This document shows positions 26,255 through 39,150 of a stretch of DNA of 64,000 bases, in pieces. Source of the stretch: Eledone cirrhosa. Lineage: Eukaryota. Positions within the stretch are counted from its first letter, which is position 1, and every line of letters starts with the position of its first letter. The notes beneath the pieces were generated by a model. The model did no database searches, was not told where the DNA came from, and worked only from the letters and a program-made list of their open reading frames with translations. A program made the translations under genes and the position numbers. The stretch is from contig OZ024751.1 in the NCBI GenBank assembly GCA_964016885.1, forward strand, positions 43,710,001 through 43,774,000, written 5' to 3'.

Positions 26255-26476
26255 ATGCTAACTTTTCTCTCATCTCTATCTCCATAAGCCATTGTCTTCC
26301 TTCTTGTTATAACTCCTTCCTTCCTCCTCTCTCTCTCTCTTTCACTGTCTCTATAATGAACACTTGTCTAGCTCTCCATACACTGATGTATATACATATA
26401 TACATTCACATATACAATGCACAATACCCACACTTACATACACATTACACAGGCATTGCATTCACACACAATACAT

Positions 26477-26573
<97 letters not shown>

Positions 26574-27485
26574 CCATTTGTTACACTCACACACACACAC
26601 TCCTATTTTGTTTTCTATTATACAACTAAAGTTATCATTCAAAACATCTCCCTCCAGATTCCAGTCCCTATAATTCCAATGTCTAGTTAGCCACTGTCTC
26701 TATCAACTCCCTATAATTGTATTGTCCAGCCAACAACTGACCCTTGCCCAGTCTTTACCCTTGGGGCCATTAGTAGGGGTCAATATAATCAACTGTCTTT
26801 CCTTACCTTCTCCCCACCCTCACGTCTGTGCCAATGTTAGAATCTAAAAATATTACTGCCATCAAAGGTGAGGGTGTTTGGTAGAATTGGTTCCCCTGGA
26901 GAGGAAGGTGTGACATTGATATAAAATATGGTGGTGTGTGTAGCACAGAATTGAAGGTGGTGTGTCTGGGGCTGTTTGTGGTGTGTGTGTGGTCTACAGG
27001 GGTAGAGTGGAGTAGAGAGAAAAGGTGTGGGGGTAGGTGAGGAAAGAGGAAAGGTGTGTGGTAGTTGAGGTCAGAGGAAAAGTATACACACACACACACA
27101 TACACATACATACTCTCACACACACACACATATACTTACTCTCACACACACATACTCTCACACACACCCATACATACTCTCACACACACATATACATATA
27201 TAAAATAATAATAATAATAATGAAAATTATTGTGTACAGTGCTCAGGTGCACTACAACTCATCAAAAGTGAGTGTATATATAGTACATAAAATAATGTAC
27301 CAATGTCAGGAAAGTGAACAGTGTATGAGTGTTGATCCACCACACAGACACATATATGTGTGTGTGTGTATATATGTATGTGTAGATGTATACATATATA
27401 TGTATGTGTGTGTTTATATATGTATATATATGCTTCCAATTTTTTTTTTTTGTTTTGTGTATTTCCTTCCCAAGATTTGTCTGTG

Positions 27486-27491
27486 AATAAA
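27486..27491 (+). promoter_or_regulatory. candidate polyadenylation signal for DET1
   Basis: AATAAATAAA about 1.2 kb downstream of the DET1 stop. Confidence 0.4.
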
Positions 27492-28539
27492 TAAACTTTC
27501 AGACTTCAACATTTACTGGGAGGGAAGGGTGGGAGAGGAGAGACTGAGGAGGAGGCAGGGATCTCCATCCCCCACCACCCTCCATCCCCACCATGAGGGT
27601 GGGGATGGAGGGGGTGGGGGACAGTTTTCTAAACATTTTTTTAAAAACTATTTTTGAAATTTTTATATATTTTCCTCTTATTTTTTTTTTGTTTGTTTTT
27701 TATTGTTAATCTTTTTATATATTTTTTTGGTCTAAAATATGAAAATGTGAAGATTTTTGGCTGTTTTTTTTTTTCTTTTCTTTCTTTTCTTTGAAAAGGT
27801 TTGTTCTGAGTTTTGTTATTGCATTTTTACTTCAACATCTTGTTATTTACACACATGCATACACATATACACACACAGTCATACACACATATATACACAC
27901 ATATACACACATGCATACACATATATACATACATACACACATATATACATACATACACACATATATACACACATGCATACACATATATACATACATACAC
28001 ATAATATACACACAGACATAAACATATATATACACTCATGCATACACATACACACACACACACACATACACACACACACACATACACACACACATACATA
28101 CACACATATATACACACATACATACACACATATACACACATACATACACACATACATATACACACACATATACACATATATACACACACATACACACACA
28201 CACATGCAGATACACATGTATGCTCACACACATACATCATACAGACAGACAAGTACACACACATGTACACGCATACATGCAGATACACATGCATACATAC
28301 ATACAGACACACACATGTATGCTTACACACATACACACACATATATACATACAGACAGGCATGTACACACACACATGCATACACACACACTCATGTACAC
28401 ATACATTCACACTTGTAACACAAACACACACTAAGACGGACATACACACACACTATTATAAACATAAACACACAGTCACACTGCCACACACACATACCAA
28501 CACTAACATGTTCACACATAAATCTACAGTCTAACCACA

Positions 28540-28860
28540 CACTACCCCACTCCCACATACAACACACAGCCACACTACCCCACTACTCCCCACACACTAC
28601 CCCACTACCCCTCACACTATCCCCCACACTACCCCACTACCCCTCACACTATCCCCCACACTACCCCACTACCCCTCACACTATCCCCCACACTACCCCC
28701 ACACACTATCCCCCACACTACCCCACTACCCCCTCACACTATCCCCCACACTACCCCTCACACTATCCCCCACACTACCCCACTACTCCTCACACTACCC
28801 CCACACACTATCCCCCACACTACCCCCACACACTACCCCTCACACTATCCCCCACACTAC
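28540..28860. repeat. C-rich minisatellite (CACACTATCCCC/CTACCCC)
   Basis: Direct inspection. Confidence 0.85.
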
Positions 28861-29989
28861 AGTCTAACCACTGCTGGGGTTATCAATCAAATTGAAGACA
28901 ATCATATTTCAATGAAAAGTCTATTTACATACACATACACACACATATACACACATACACACACATATACACACATACACACACATATACATACATATAC
29001 ATACACATACACATATACACATATACATACACATACACACACATATACACATACACACACATATACACATATACATACACATACACATATACACATACAC
29101 ATGTGTATCCACATATATGCATAGACATATACACACATACATCGACATATACACACTTACACATATAGCTTACCACCACCACTACTACTACCATCATCCC
29201 CACCACCACCACATCTATTACTACCATTGTCCCCGCCGCCACCACCACCACATCTATTACTACCATTGTCCCCGCCACCACCACCACATCTATTACTACC
29301 ATCGTCCCCACCACCACCACCACCTCTACCATTACCACCATCACCATTATCATCATCATGACTTCTCTTGTTCCTCTTCACCACTACTGCTACCACTACT
29401 ACCACCACTACCACTACTACTACCACAACTACCATTACTACTACCACAACTACCACCAACACTACTACTACTACTACTATCTATAGAGAAATATAAAAAA
29501 TATAAATTTGAAATTTGTGTTGCCTTTAATTTATTACTTGAAAAGCTGAATTTTGTGCCACTCTGGGACTCTTGTCCACTGGTTATATACAGTGTATATA
29601 TATCTTGTTTTATATACACAGTATCAAATACAAATATCTTATATATGTATACAGTGTATATAACACAAATATCTTATATATATATACAGTGTATATAACA
29701 CATGTGTCTTGTGTATGTGTATCCACTGTATATGACACAAATATCTTATATCTATACAGTGTATATAATGCAAATATCTTCTTATATATATATAGTGTAT
29801 ATGATAGAAATATCTATTGAACTAGTAGCCATGTTGGATAGATAGAGTCATGTTAAAATGTGTAAAGATGTAAAGTGTATTGAACTAGTGGCCATGTTGG
29901 CTAAATTGATAGGTAGATAATCATGTTATAGTATGTAATATTTGTGTATTGAACTAGTGGTCATGTTAAATAGATAGTCTTGTTAAAGT

Positions 29990-30880
29990 GTATAAGAACT
30001 AGTAGCCATATTGGATATATATATAGTCTTGTTAAAGTGTATAAGAACTAGTAGCCATATTGAATATATAGTCTTGTTAAAGTGTGTAAGAACTAGTAGC
30101 CATATTGGATATATAGTCTTGTTAAAGTGTGTAAGAACTAGTAGCCATATTGAATATATAGAGTCTTGTTAAAGTGTGTAAGAACTAGTAGCCATATTGA
30201 ATATATAGAGTCTTGTTAAAGTGTGTAAGAACTAGTAGCCATATTGAATATATAGAGTCTTGTTAAAGTGTGTAAGAACTAGTAGCCATATTGAATATAT
30301 AGTCTTGTTAAAGTGTGTAAGAACTAGTAGCCATATTGAATATATAGAGTCTTGTTAAAGTGTGTAAGAACTAGTAGCCATATTGAATATATAGTCTTGT
30401 TAAAGTGTGTAAGAACTAGTAGCCATATTGAATATATAGAGTCTTGTTAAAGTGTGTAAGAACTAGTAGCCATATTGAATATATAGTCTTGTTAAAGTGT
30501 GTAAGAACTAGTAGCCATATTGAATATATAGAGTCTTGTTAAAGTGTGTAAGAACTAGTAGCCATATTGAATATATAGAGTCTTGTTAAAGTGTGTAAGA
30601 ACTAGCAGCCATATTGAATATATAGAGTCTTGTTAAAGTGTGTAAGAACTAGTAGCCATATTGAATATATAGAGTCTTGTTAAAGTGTGTAAGAACTAGC
30701 AGCCATATTGAATATATAGAGTCTTGTTAAAGTGTGTAAGAACTAGTAGCCATATTGAATATATAGAGTCTTGTTAAAGTCTAAGAACTAGCAGCCATAT
30801 TGAATATATAGAGTCTTGTTAAAGTGTGTAAGAACTAGTAGCCATATTGAATATATATAGTCTTGTTAAAGTGTGTAAGA
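29990..30880. repeat. 45-47-bp tandem repeat, about 19 copies
   Basis: AAGAACTAGTAGCCATATTGAATATATAGAGTCTTGTTAAAGTGTGT. Confidence 0.95.
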
Positions 30881-31471
30881 TTGTAAAGTGTAAAGGTGAT
30901 AACTACTTGAGGTACAAAGCCAAGAAACTTCGACAGAGTTTACCCTTTCTTCCCTCCAAGTGTTGCTGCTGGTCAATTGGTGGGGTGGGGTGTGGGTGGG
31001 GAGGTTCATTCCATATTTATGTATGTTCCTATTTCTGATGAATTACGTCTTCCAAACAAGACACTTGTGAAGCTATCAATATCATCATCATCATCATCAA
31101 TATCACTACTATGATCGCTATCATCATCATCACTATCACCACTGCTACTATCACTACCATCATCATCATCATTATCATCAATATAATCACCATCATCACT
31201 ACCACCACCCTCATCACCAGACTGCAGTGATGTGAAATTAGCCCATCTCTCCACAACATGGGGTTGCTATGGCAATGTTGATCTGATTAAACAAACCCTC
31301 CCTCCAACTGGATGTTGTGCCTTGTTTCATATCAACTCTTGCATTTTAGGTCAATAAAGCTTTTCTTTTTATCTCTCTGTCTCTCGCTTTTTCACTACCA
31401 CTGCTTTCTTTCTTTCTCTCTCTCTCACACACATACATGTAGGCATGCATGTGTGTGTATGTGTATCTGTC

Positions 31472-31545
<74 letters not shown>

Positions 31546-31579
31546 TCTCTCACTGTTTTGCTTCAGTTTCACCGTCACT

Positions 31580-31616
<37 letters not shown>

Positions 31617-31636
31617 CGCGCACACGTACATATATA

Positions 31637-31827
31637 CTAGGTTCAGCTAAAAAGTTCATAGGCTGACCAAGATACTCTCATGGAATAACTAAATAAGGTT
31701 TATTTTTCGACATAATCCGTGGAAAGAATCAATGCAGTTATTAATAAGAACAGTTGAAATTTATGCTTGCAAGATTTCACAGCTCTAGAATCACTTTCAT
31801 AGTCAGACTATGAACTTTTCAGCCTAT

Positions 31828-31831
<4 letters not shown>
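31637..31831. mobile_element. mariner-type MITE (degenerate)
   Basis: GCTAAAAAGTTCATAGGCTGAC ... GTCAGACTATGAACTTTTCAGC inverted ends, TA flanks. Confidence 0.6.
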
Positions 31832-31887
<56 letters not shown>

Positions 31888-31913
31888 AGAACAAAAGATG
31901 GTTAAATGAGTTC

Positions 31914-31990
31914 CATGTATTTTATTATGCGCATTTCAAAAACAAATATCATCATGCAATAATATTTGTGTTTTCATCAGATAAAACATG
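31914..31990 (-). ncRNA. minimal type I hammerhead ribozyme motif (inverted twin of 32072-32148)
   Basis: Lies within a 123-bp inverted repeat (31878-32000 vs 32062-32184). Confidence 0.75.
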
Positions 31991-32071
31991 AAGACATGAT
32001 ATGAAGGTTAAAAAACACTTGTGGATAGTTCAGTTTTAAATCAACATTAGTTCAGTTTTAAATCATGTCTT

Positions 32072-32148
32072 CATGTTTTATCTGATGAAAACACAAATAT
32101 TATTGCATGATGATATTTGTTTTTGAAATGCGCATAATAAAATACATG
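32072..32148 (+). ncRNA. minimal type I hammerhead ribozyme motif
   Basis: CAUGUUUUAU-CUGAUGA-long stem II (ACAAAUAU/AUAUUUGU)-GAAA-UGCGCA-UA^-AUAAAA-UA-CAUG; palindromic stem III. Confidence 0.75.
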
Positions 32149-33192
32149 GAACTCATTTAACCATCTTTTGTTCTTATATATTATGTATACTCCACTCCTA
32201 CAAACTGTAGAGTGCTTATTATCCGATATCTGCATTGCTTTATTGTACTACAATAAAACTCACCTCCTACATATATATATATATATATATATTGTAGGGT
32301 AAAAATATAAATCTATTTTTATGTAGAGAATTATATAGGAGAGTGTATATATATGTCATCATCGTTTAAAGTCCATTTACCACACTTGCATGGGTTAGAT
32401 GGGCTGTCACATTATGAGACAAGTCAGTTCCAGAGACCATGTCTTGCTCATACAGATCTGTATCTTGGCAGCTTGGTTTCTACAGCTGGATGCCCTTCCT
32501 AACATCAATCACGTTACAGTGTGTTATATATATATATATGAGGTTTTCATGTCTTCAGCTGTGCCATAGGCATAATGACTTCCCTAATGCTTGTGTCATA
32601 ATAAAATGCTTCCAGTGCACTTTGAAAAATGTGGGGTATATGTAAGCAAGAAGCCGGCCCCTAACCTGGTCAAAGAGGCTAGTCGCTCTGATTAAGTATT
32701 GACTTGATCTGTAAGAACCTGTCCAATCCTTGCTACACAGTGAGATAGAGACATATATATATATAGATATATATATGTTCATCTTTAAGACTAAAAGTGA
32801 GTTGTGTTACTCTAGAGTTTCGCCTATTTATAACAGATGTGATAAACAGATGAAACTTCAGAGTAACAAGATTCACTTTTAGCCTTAATAAAAATGAATA
32901 TTAAAACTGAATTTCGGTATTGAGTACTTCTTTCTCTCAGCCGTCAACCACATTCGGATATATATAATCAAGAAGACGTAACGATTTTTCAAGGTACATA
33001 ACTCATTACTAAGGGAGACTAACATAACCATGGTAAACTTGTACGTAATGTTGAAAATCTTGGATTAACTTAGATTACCCAGCAATTAATATAATCGTAC
33101 ACTGTGTTTAAAAAAGGAAGGATACATTAAACAGTGGTCCTAACTATACAGAAGTTGGAAGATCTTTAATCTTAAATCTACTTATTGAGAGT

Positions 33193-33460
33193 GGAGGCGC
33201 ATGACCTAGTGGTGTATTGGACTTACAATCGTAATGTCATGTGTTTGATTCCTGGACTTGGTTGTGTTCTTGAGCAAAACACTTCATTTCACGTTGCTCC
33301 AGTATACTCAGCTGAAAATAACTACCAACAATAGCCCAGAGTTTAACCCTGCGATGGACTGGCATCCTGCTCAGGGAGAAGTCTTGTATTTTCAGTTGCT
33401 TCACACCATGGAAACCAGGATAAACACCGGCTGATGATTCTCTGGACTCAAGACAGACTT
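33193..33460 (+). mobile_element. tRNA-derived SINE
   Basis: GGAGGCGCATGACCTAGTGG head, TTGAGCAAAACACTT core; related partial copies near 1555, 5440, 35200, 44180. Confidence 0.7.
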
Positions 33461-33698
33461 TAGACTTATTTTAAGACTACTTATTGAGGACTGACTTGAG
33501 ATTAAATAACAACAACAAATTTAAAACAATTCTTAACTTTATTCGGTTTAAAATATATATATATATTACAATGTTAATAAATGTAAATAAAAGAACAACA
33601 GTAAAATTGGAAGTTTTCGAGTCTCCCCAACTCAATTTTATAGTGTAAGTTCATATATATGTAGTGGAAGATCAATGCAAGATTGAAGGTATTAAGTT

Positions 33699-34638
33699 CA
33701 GTGGTTGCTAACATGAGGTCTGTGGATCACTGGAGTCCCATGTGCTGTGTTCAGTTTTTACACTTACTTAATTATAAACATATTGGATACCCATTCTTTT
33801 CTAAGTATAAATATTTCTGTCTATTAACTATTATCACAATATAGAATCTTCAACTATTTAATTATAAACATAATATATACACCCTATTGGATATTCATAC
33901 TTCTATCTTTAAATTGTTATCATCACAGTATAGAATTCCTAACTATATAGTTATAAACATAATATACACACTATTGGGTATGCATACTTCTCTAAGTATA
34001 AACATTTCTGTCAGCTATAAACATAATATATACATACTATTGGGTATCCATAATTTTCTAAGTATAAACATTTCTGTCTTTAAATTGTTATCATCACAGA
34101 ATAACAATCCCTAGTGGTTTACTACAAGCACAATAATATATACATACATATTGGGTATTTATTCTTCTCTAAGTATAAACATATCTGTCAATAAATTATT
34201 ATCATTATCACAGTATAAAAATGTCAATATAGTATACATACACTATTGGGTATCCATTCTTCTGTGAGTATAAATATTTCTATCTTTAAATTGTTATTAC
34301 CAATATATAACACCTTGAGAGAGTAATCAGAGAGGGGCAGGGAAGATTCATGGTAAAAATACATTTAACTCTTTAGCATTTAAACTGGCCATATCCAGCC
34401 AGAATTCTTTCAACTCTTTCTGTTCAAACCAGCCATATCTAGCCACTCGTACTGGCATTAAGATATTGTTCTCAAAATAAATAATATCAAAATTTCATAG
34501 ATTCGATATTATGTGAGATAATTATGTGGGGTAAATCCTTTCTCACAAAAATACAATAGTATATATATAGAGTAATGTAAATGCTAAAGGGTTAAATAAA
34601 AGGGTTCTTTGGTAGAGAGAAAAGGTTAGGAAGCACTG
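33699..34638. mobile_element. degenerate hAT-type MITE
   Basis: CAGTGGTTGCTAAC ... GTTAGGAAGCACTG (12/14 inverted match), AT-rich internal degenerate repeats; TSD imperfect. Confidence 0.5.
34369..34591. mobile_element. piggyBac-type MITE
   Basis: TTAA|CTCTTTAGCATTTA ... TAAATGCTAAAGGG|TTAA. Confidence 0.8.
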
Positions 34639-34706
34639 GCTTTAGTTGTAGACAATGTCAGTATATATATTTATGTAATCAAAGACAAGAACAAGATTGC
34701 AACAAT

Positions 34707-34832
34707 TTAAGTCTCCTCCTCCTCCTCCTCTTCAGCGATGTCCTCTTCTCGTCGTTTCATCTTCAATAATACCATTTCTCTGAGATTCATTTCTTCTTCT
34801 TTCAAGGAGTTCTCAAGGTATGTCATCTTTTC
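34707..34832 (-). CDS. PFDN1: prefoldin subunit 1, alternative terminal exon 4b (EKMTYLENSLKEEEMNLREMVLLKMKRREEDIAEEEEEEET*)
   Basis: Phase-0 acceptor gttgtttttctttggcag; 13/24 aa identical to exon 4a; open to a stop; would give 139 aa. Confidence 0.7.
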   Translation of the reverse strand, partial: EKMTYLENSLKEEEMNLREMVLLKMKRREEDIAEEEEEEET

Positions 34833-36699
34833 CTGCCAAAGAAAAACAACAAAATCTAGACCAACAGTCAAATATATATATATATATGATGATGGTGATG
34901 ATATATATATGTATACACATTTTTCCTTACACCAAAACAAAATACGAACAAAACACACCACCACACAAAATACAATTACATAGATAAATAAAATTGAAAC
35001 TACAATGGTAAAACCCTTCAAATGGGATCTTAGTCCATCCAATATCAGATATCAGAGACATGACAGAATATATAGATATTTGTTTACACAAACCTATGAT
35101 ATATACATTATGTATTTATATATGAGATTTATATATATATATAATGTTTCCATTGGTCTTTACAATTGCTAATACTACCTGTTGGTTGCAAATCCAGACA
35201 GAAGGAGCAATGTAAAATAAAGTGTCTTGCTCAAGGACACAAACGCACCGTTTGGTCTGGCAATTGCAAACACAACCTCACAATTCCAAATCCGCAATGG
35301 GCCTTTGTTTGTTAGAAATATTTGGTGACGATTCTGTTTATATTTCCAGGGTTAACCCATACTCTACTGTGATTCTGTGTTCACTGTAATCCCACTTAAC
35401 TTTTACTGGCCCCAGGCTATCTAGCTACAAATAGGTACCATGCTGTAGATAGGTTCATCTCACTGCTTTTATGAGCAGCATCACTTTATAATAAAAAATG
35501 TGTTCGTTAGTTGACGGAGCTAAATTTAGAATCTTCCCTACACCGTTTGAAAACAGCACTACCACTCAGTAATGTTTAGCATAAAAGTACACACTGAGTT
35601 ATATGGTTCTATGTAAAATACGGGATGGGCATGGCTAGAATGGCTTTGATTATAGGTCTACTGATTCATTGCTGACCTAGGAGCTATCTAAACAAAGGTA
35701 CTACCTCCTTAGTTTTATATTCTCTGGCCATTACGACAGAAATGTTAACACACAGATGATGTGGTTAGATATATTTTACGAAACCGGGATTCTAAGTTCA
35801 ATCTGAAAGTACGATATCTTGGACGCAACCATAATCAATGTAAGAAGAGGTAGCTCGAGGTTGCAGTATGAAATTTACACTGTTCTTGTTGGAAATTTTA
35901 TTTGAAAATGACGAACGGAAGAAATCATGGAGTCCATGGATTATAATTACAAAATAATAAATAAATAAATAATTTCAGGGGAAATAACTACAGCCTAAAC
36001 AGCCGAGTTATGTCCCTTGAAATTTTCAGATTTGTTTATTTATTTTTTGTAATTTTTTCAAGAAGACTTTTCGGTGAGTAATTTTACAGCATGCGAGCTA
36101 AAATCGGTTGATTAATGGTAGACCGTTATAGAGTCATTGCAGTAATTGTTCCAGTTCTATGTATTCTGAGTTCAAATCCCGCAGAAATCCACTTTGCCTT
36201 TCATCATTTTTGGAGCTGATAAATTATGAAGTACTGCATTCGACTCCACTGTTTCGTAATCGGCTGCCCTGCGATGTACGAAGACTTTGGGGGACCTCTT
36301 TAAACGGTCTCTCACCTGCAAAAAGTGGAAGAGAGTTTAGCTAAATAGTAGCAACCTCTCCTCATCTAGCATGCCCCATTAAAAAATTGTATGCACGGAA
36401 TTATATATGAGGGAGAGAGAGAAAGTCAACATTCTCAGGCAAATTCCTTACGAAGGAAACAGAACTGATCCTGTAAAAGTCATTATTTAATAAATATATT
36501 ATCCATACCTGATGTATTGAGTAGCGTTAATTTGAGTATCATTAACAATGAATGTTTGCATGAATACACACACACATCACCATCGTTTAGAGTGTTTTGT
36601 GTGTATGTAACGTTCGCTACTTGCTTTTGCAAGCGTTAAACTAATATATTTCTTCCATGTACTGTGTCGTTTGTTTTGTTATTTCTTTTTACCTTTTAC

Positions 36700-36731
<32 letters not shown>

Positions 36732-37687
36732 ATACATTGACTGAATTTACAATATCCCATGTTAGCTTAGTTCTCTACATAACCATGCTCGTCTTCATAA
36801 GACATAAAAGGAAGATAGCTAACAGCAGTGGTAAGTAATGTAATTAGCAGTAAATATTCATTACAGTGACTGGGTAAACATAAGAACTATAACAGTTAGA
36901 AACAGTTCATGCAAATAAACAGTGCTTGAGGGCTCCAAGGAAATCCCTGGAAACATTGAATTGTTTATGCATCATGCAATATGTAACCATGCAAAGGTGA
37001 TATATATATATATACACACAAACATATATATAAATATGTGTGTGTGTATATATACATATTTTTTATACATACAATCTATTTTTAGAACTGTTGAGCAATA
37101 CAGTATAAATATTCAAAAAATCAAGATACACAGATCATTATTGTTTAATGTCCACTTTCCCTGCTAGTAAGGGTTAGGCAGGTCCTAACAGACCAAGTCA
37201 GTATTGAAGCAGGTCTACTAACCTCAATGATAGGTTGAGGTGACTGCGTCTCGCTTACGTGGTCATACGTACTATGAGGCTACATAGTATATAATCTATG
37301 TATCTATCAAGTAATCTCGTTCTCTTGCCTATACAATCACATACTTACATATTTTATATATATATGTTGTACATTTTCTTTGCTGAAACATTGTAGCTAT
37401 GTTGTAAGAAGATGAATAAATCAACTTGTATATTTAATCCTTCTTTGTGGATGACTACTAAGATCACAAGATCAGATCCCTATATACATATTTATAATAT
37501 GCACAGACATACACACGCAGATGTGAAATTAAATGAAAACAAATTGTTATTTGTGAAGGAAAGAAAACGTGATCGCAACAAATGATGGGAACAAAAGTTT
37601 ATTACACGAATTAGCGGTGAAATAGTTAAATAATAAAAATAATAATAATAATCAGCTCTCCTTTCCATTGCTTCTATGTTGTTAGGA

Positions 37688-37774
37688 TCATTTGGTCGAC
37701 TGTTTGGACATGATCATCTCACGTAAATTGTCCTCACTATCTTTCAAACTCTTCTCCAGGATCACTTGTTTATT
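37688..37774 (-). CDS. PFDN1: prefoldin subunit 1, terminal exon 4a (NKQVILEKSLKDSEDNLREMIMSKQSTK*)
   Basis: Phase-0 acceptor ttttcag; matches PFDN1 C-terminal LE.S.K..EDN.REM pattern; AATAAA on minus strand at 37598-37603; gives 126 aa. Confidence 0.85.
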   Translation of the reverse strand, partial: NKQVILEKSLKDSEDNLREMIMSKQSTK

Positions 37775-38589
37775 CTGAAAATATTTTAAATAGATAAACA
37801 AACATTTATATAATACAGAGGAATGATGGGTGGATGGGTGGTGGTTATTAGAAAGACATATGAAGAGATATTGACCCTGGTGTGAGGTGAGCAATGGGAA
37901 GGTCAGTTTGGTTGTGAGGATATGGTGCTGAAACTATTCACCCATATGGTCATAAGCTACAACTACTATGTCCCTCCCTTCCTCTAGTTGCTACATTCTG
38001 AGGCTTGACCTGTAAGGTAACCATGTCTTGCTCATACATTCCACATTGGCATGGATTTTTACAGTCATATGCCCTCCTGATATCAACCACTTTACAGTAT
38101 GTACTGGGAGCGTTTTATTGTGACACCAGCACTACCATTTTACAAAGTGGACTAGGTGGTTTTGTTTTTCATGGCACCAGTACTACCACTTTACAGAGAG
38201 CATTTGGAACATTTTATTGTGGCACCAGCACTGCTACTTGACAGTGTGTACTGGGAACATTTTATTGTGGCACCAGCACTGCTACTTGACAGTGTGTACT
38301 GGGAACATTTTATTGTGGCACCAGCTCTACCACCTTACATCAACCTTTTCGCCTCAACATGTAGCAATGGCAACACTATGTAATGCATATCTACATGTTA
38401 CAAAACCTTCACATGTAGCAATGACATTGTGTAATACATAACAAGTAACAACCTTCTCGTGTAGTAATGGTAACAATATGCAACACAGTTCAATGTGTAA
38501 TGGTGATAAGATGTAACACAACCTCCACATGTAGTAATGGTGATGATAGGTAATACAACCTTCACATGTAGCAATACTAATGATATATT

Positions 38590-39150
38590 AACACAACCAT
38601 CACATGTAGCAATGGTAATATGTTAACACAACCCTTACATGTAGCAATGGTAATGTTAACACAACCCTTACATGTAACAATGGTAATATGTTAACACAAC
38701 CCTTACATGTAGCAATGGTAATATGTTAACACAACCCTTACATGTAGCAATGGTAATATGTTAACACAACCCTTACATGTAGCAATGGTAATATGTTAAC
38801 ACAACCCTTACATGTAGCAATGGTAATATGTTAACACAACCCTTACATGTAGCAATGGTAATGTTAACACAACCCTTACATGTAACAATGGTAATATGTT
38901 AACACAACCCTTACATGTAGCAATGGTAATATGTTAACACAACCCTTACATGTAGCAATGGTAATATGTTAACACAACCCTTACATGTAGCAATGGTAAT
39001 ATGTTAACACAACCCTTACATGTAGCAATGGTAATATGTTAACACAACCCTTACATGTAGCAATGGTAATATGTTAACACAACCCTTACATGTAGCAATG
39101 GTAATATGTTAACACAACCCTTACATGTAGCAATGGTAATATGTTAACCC
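38590..39150. repeat. 35-bp tandem repeat, about 16 copies
   Basis: ACACAACCCTTACATGTAGCAATGGTAATATGTTA. Confidence 0.95.

Noticed and set aside
27757-29462. Numerous HT/YI/CV-rich ORFs (also around 15-17 kb, 31.3-31.7 kb, 44.4-44.9 kb, 62.4-62.9 kb)
   Set aside because: Translations of (CA)n, (TA)n and (GA)n microsatellites
29990-30880. CRISPR-like regular array (also 17633-18304, 38590-39150, 55609-55850)
   Set aside because: Head-to-tail units with no unique spacers, no cas genes, eukaryotic context
31263-31276. RFX X-box-like palindrome GTTGCTATGGCAAT
   Set aside because: Single short motif far from any identified TSS; cannot be distinguished from chance
33430-33460. CTGATGA as a further hammerhead (also at about 48335)
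   Set aside because: No paired stem II followed by GAAA; part of SINE bodies
34833-35042. Transmembrane-looking N-terminal part of ORF 34707..35042
   Set aside because: Intronic U-rich sequence upstream of the exon 4b acceptor; only 34707-34832 is prefoldin-like
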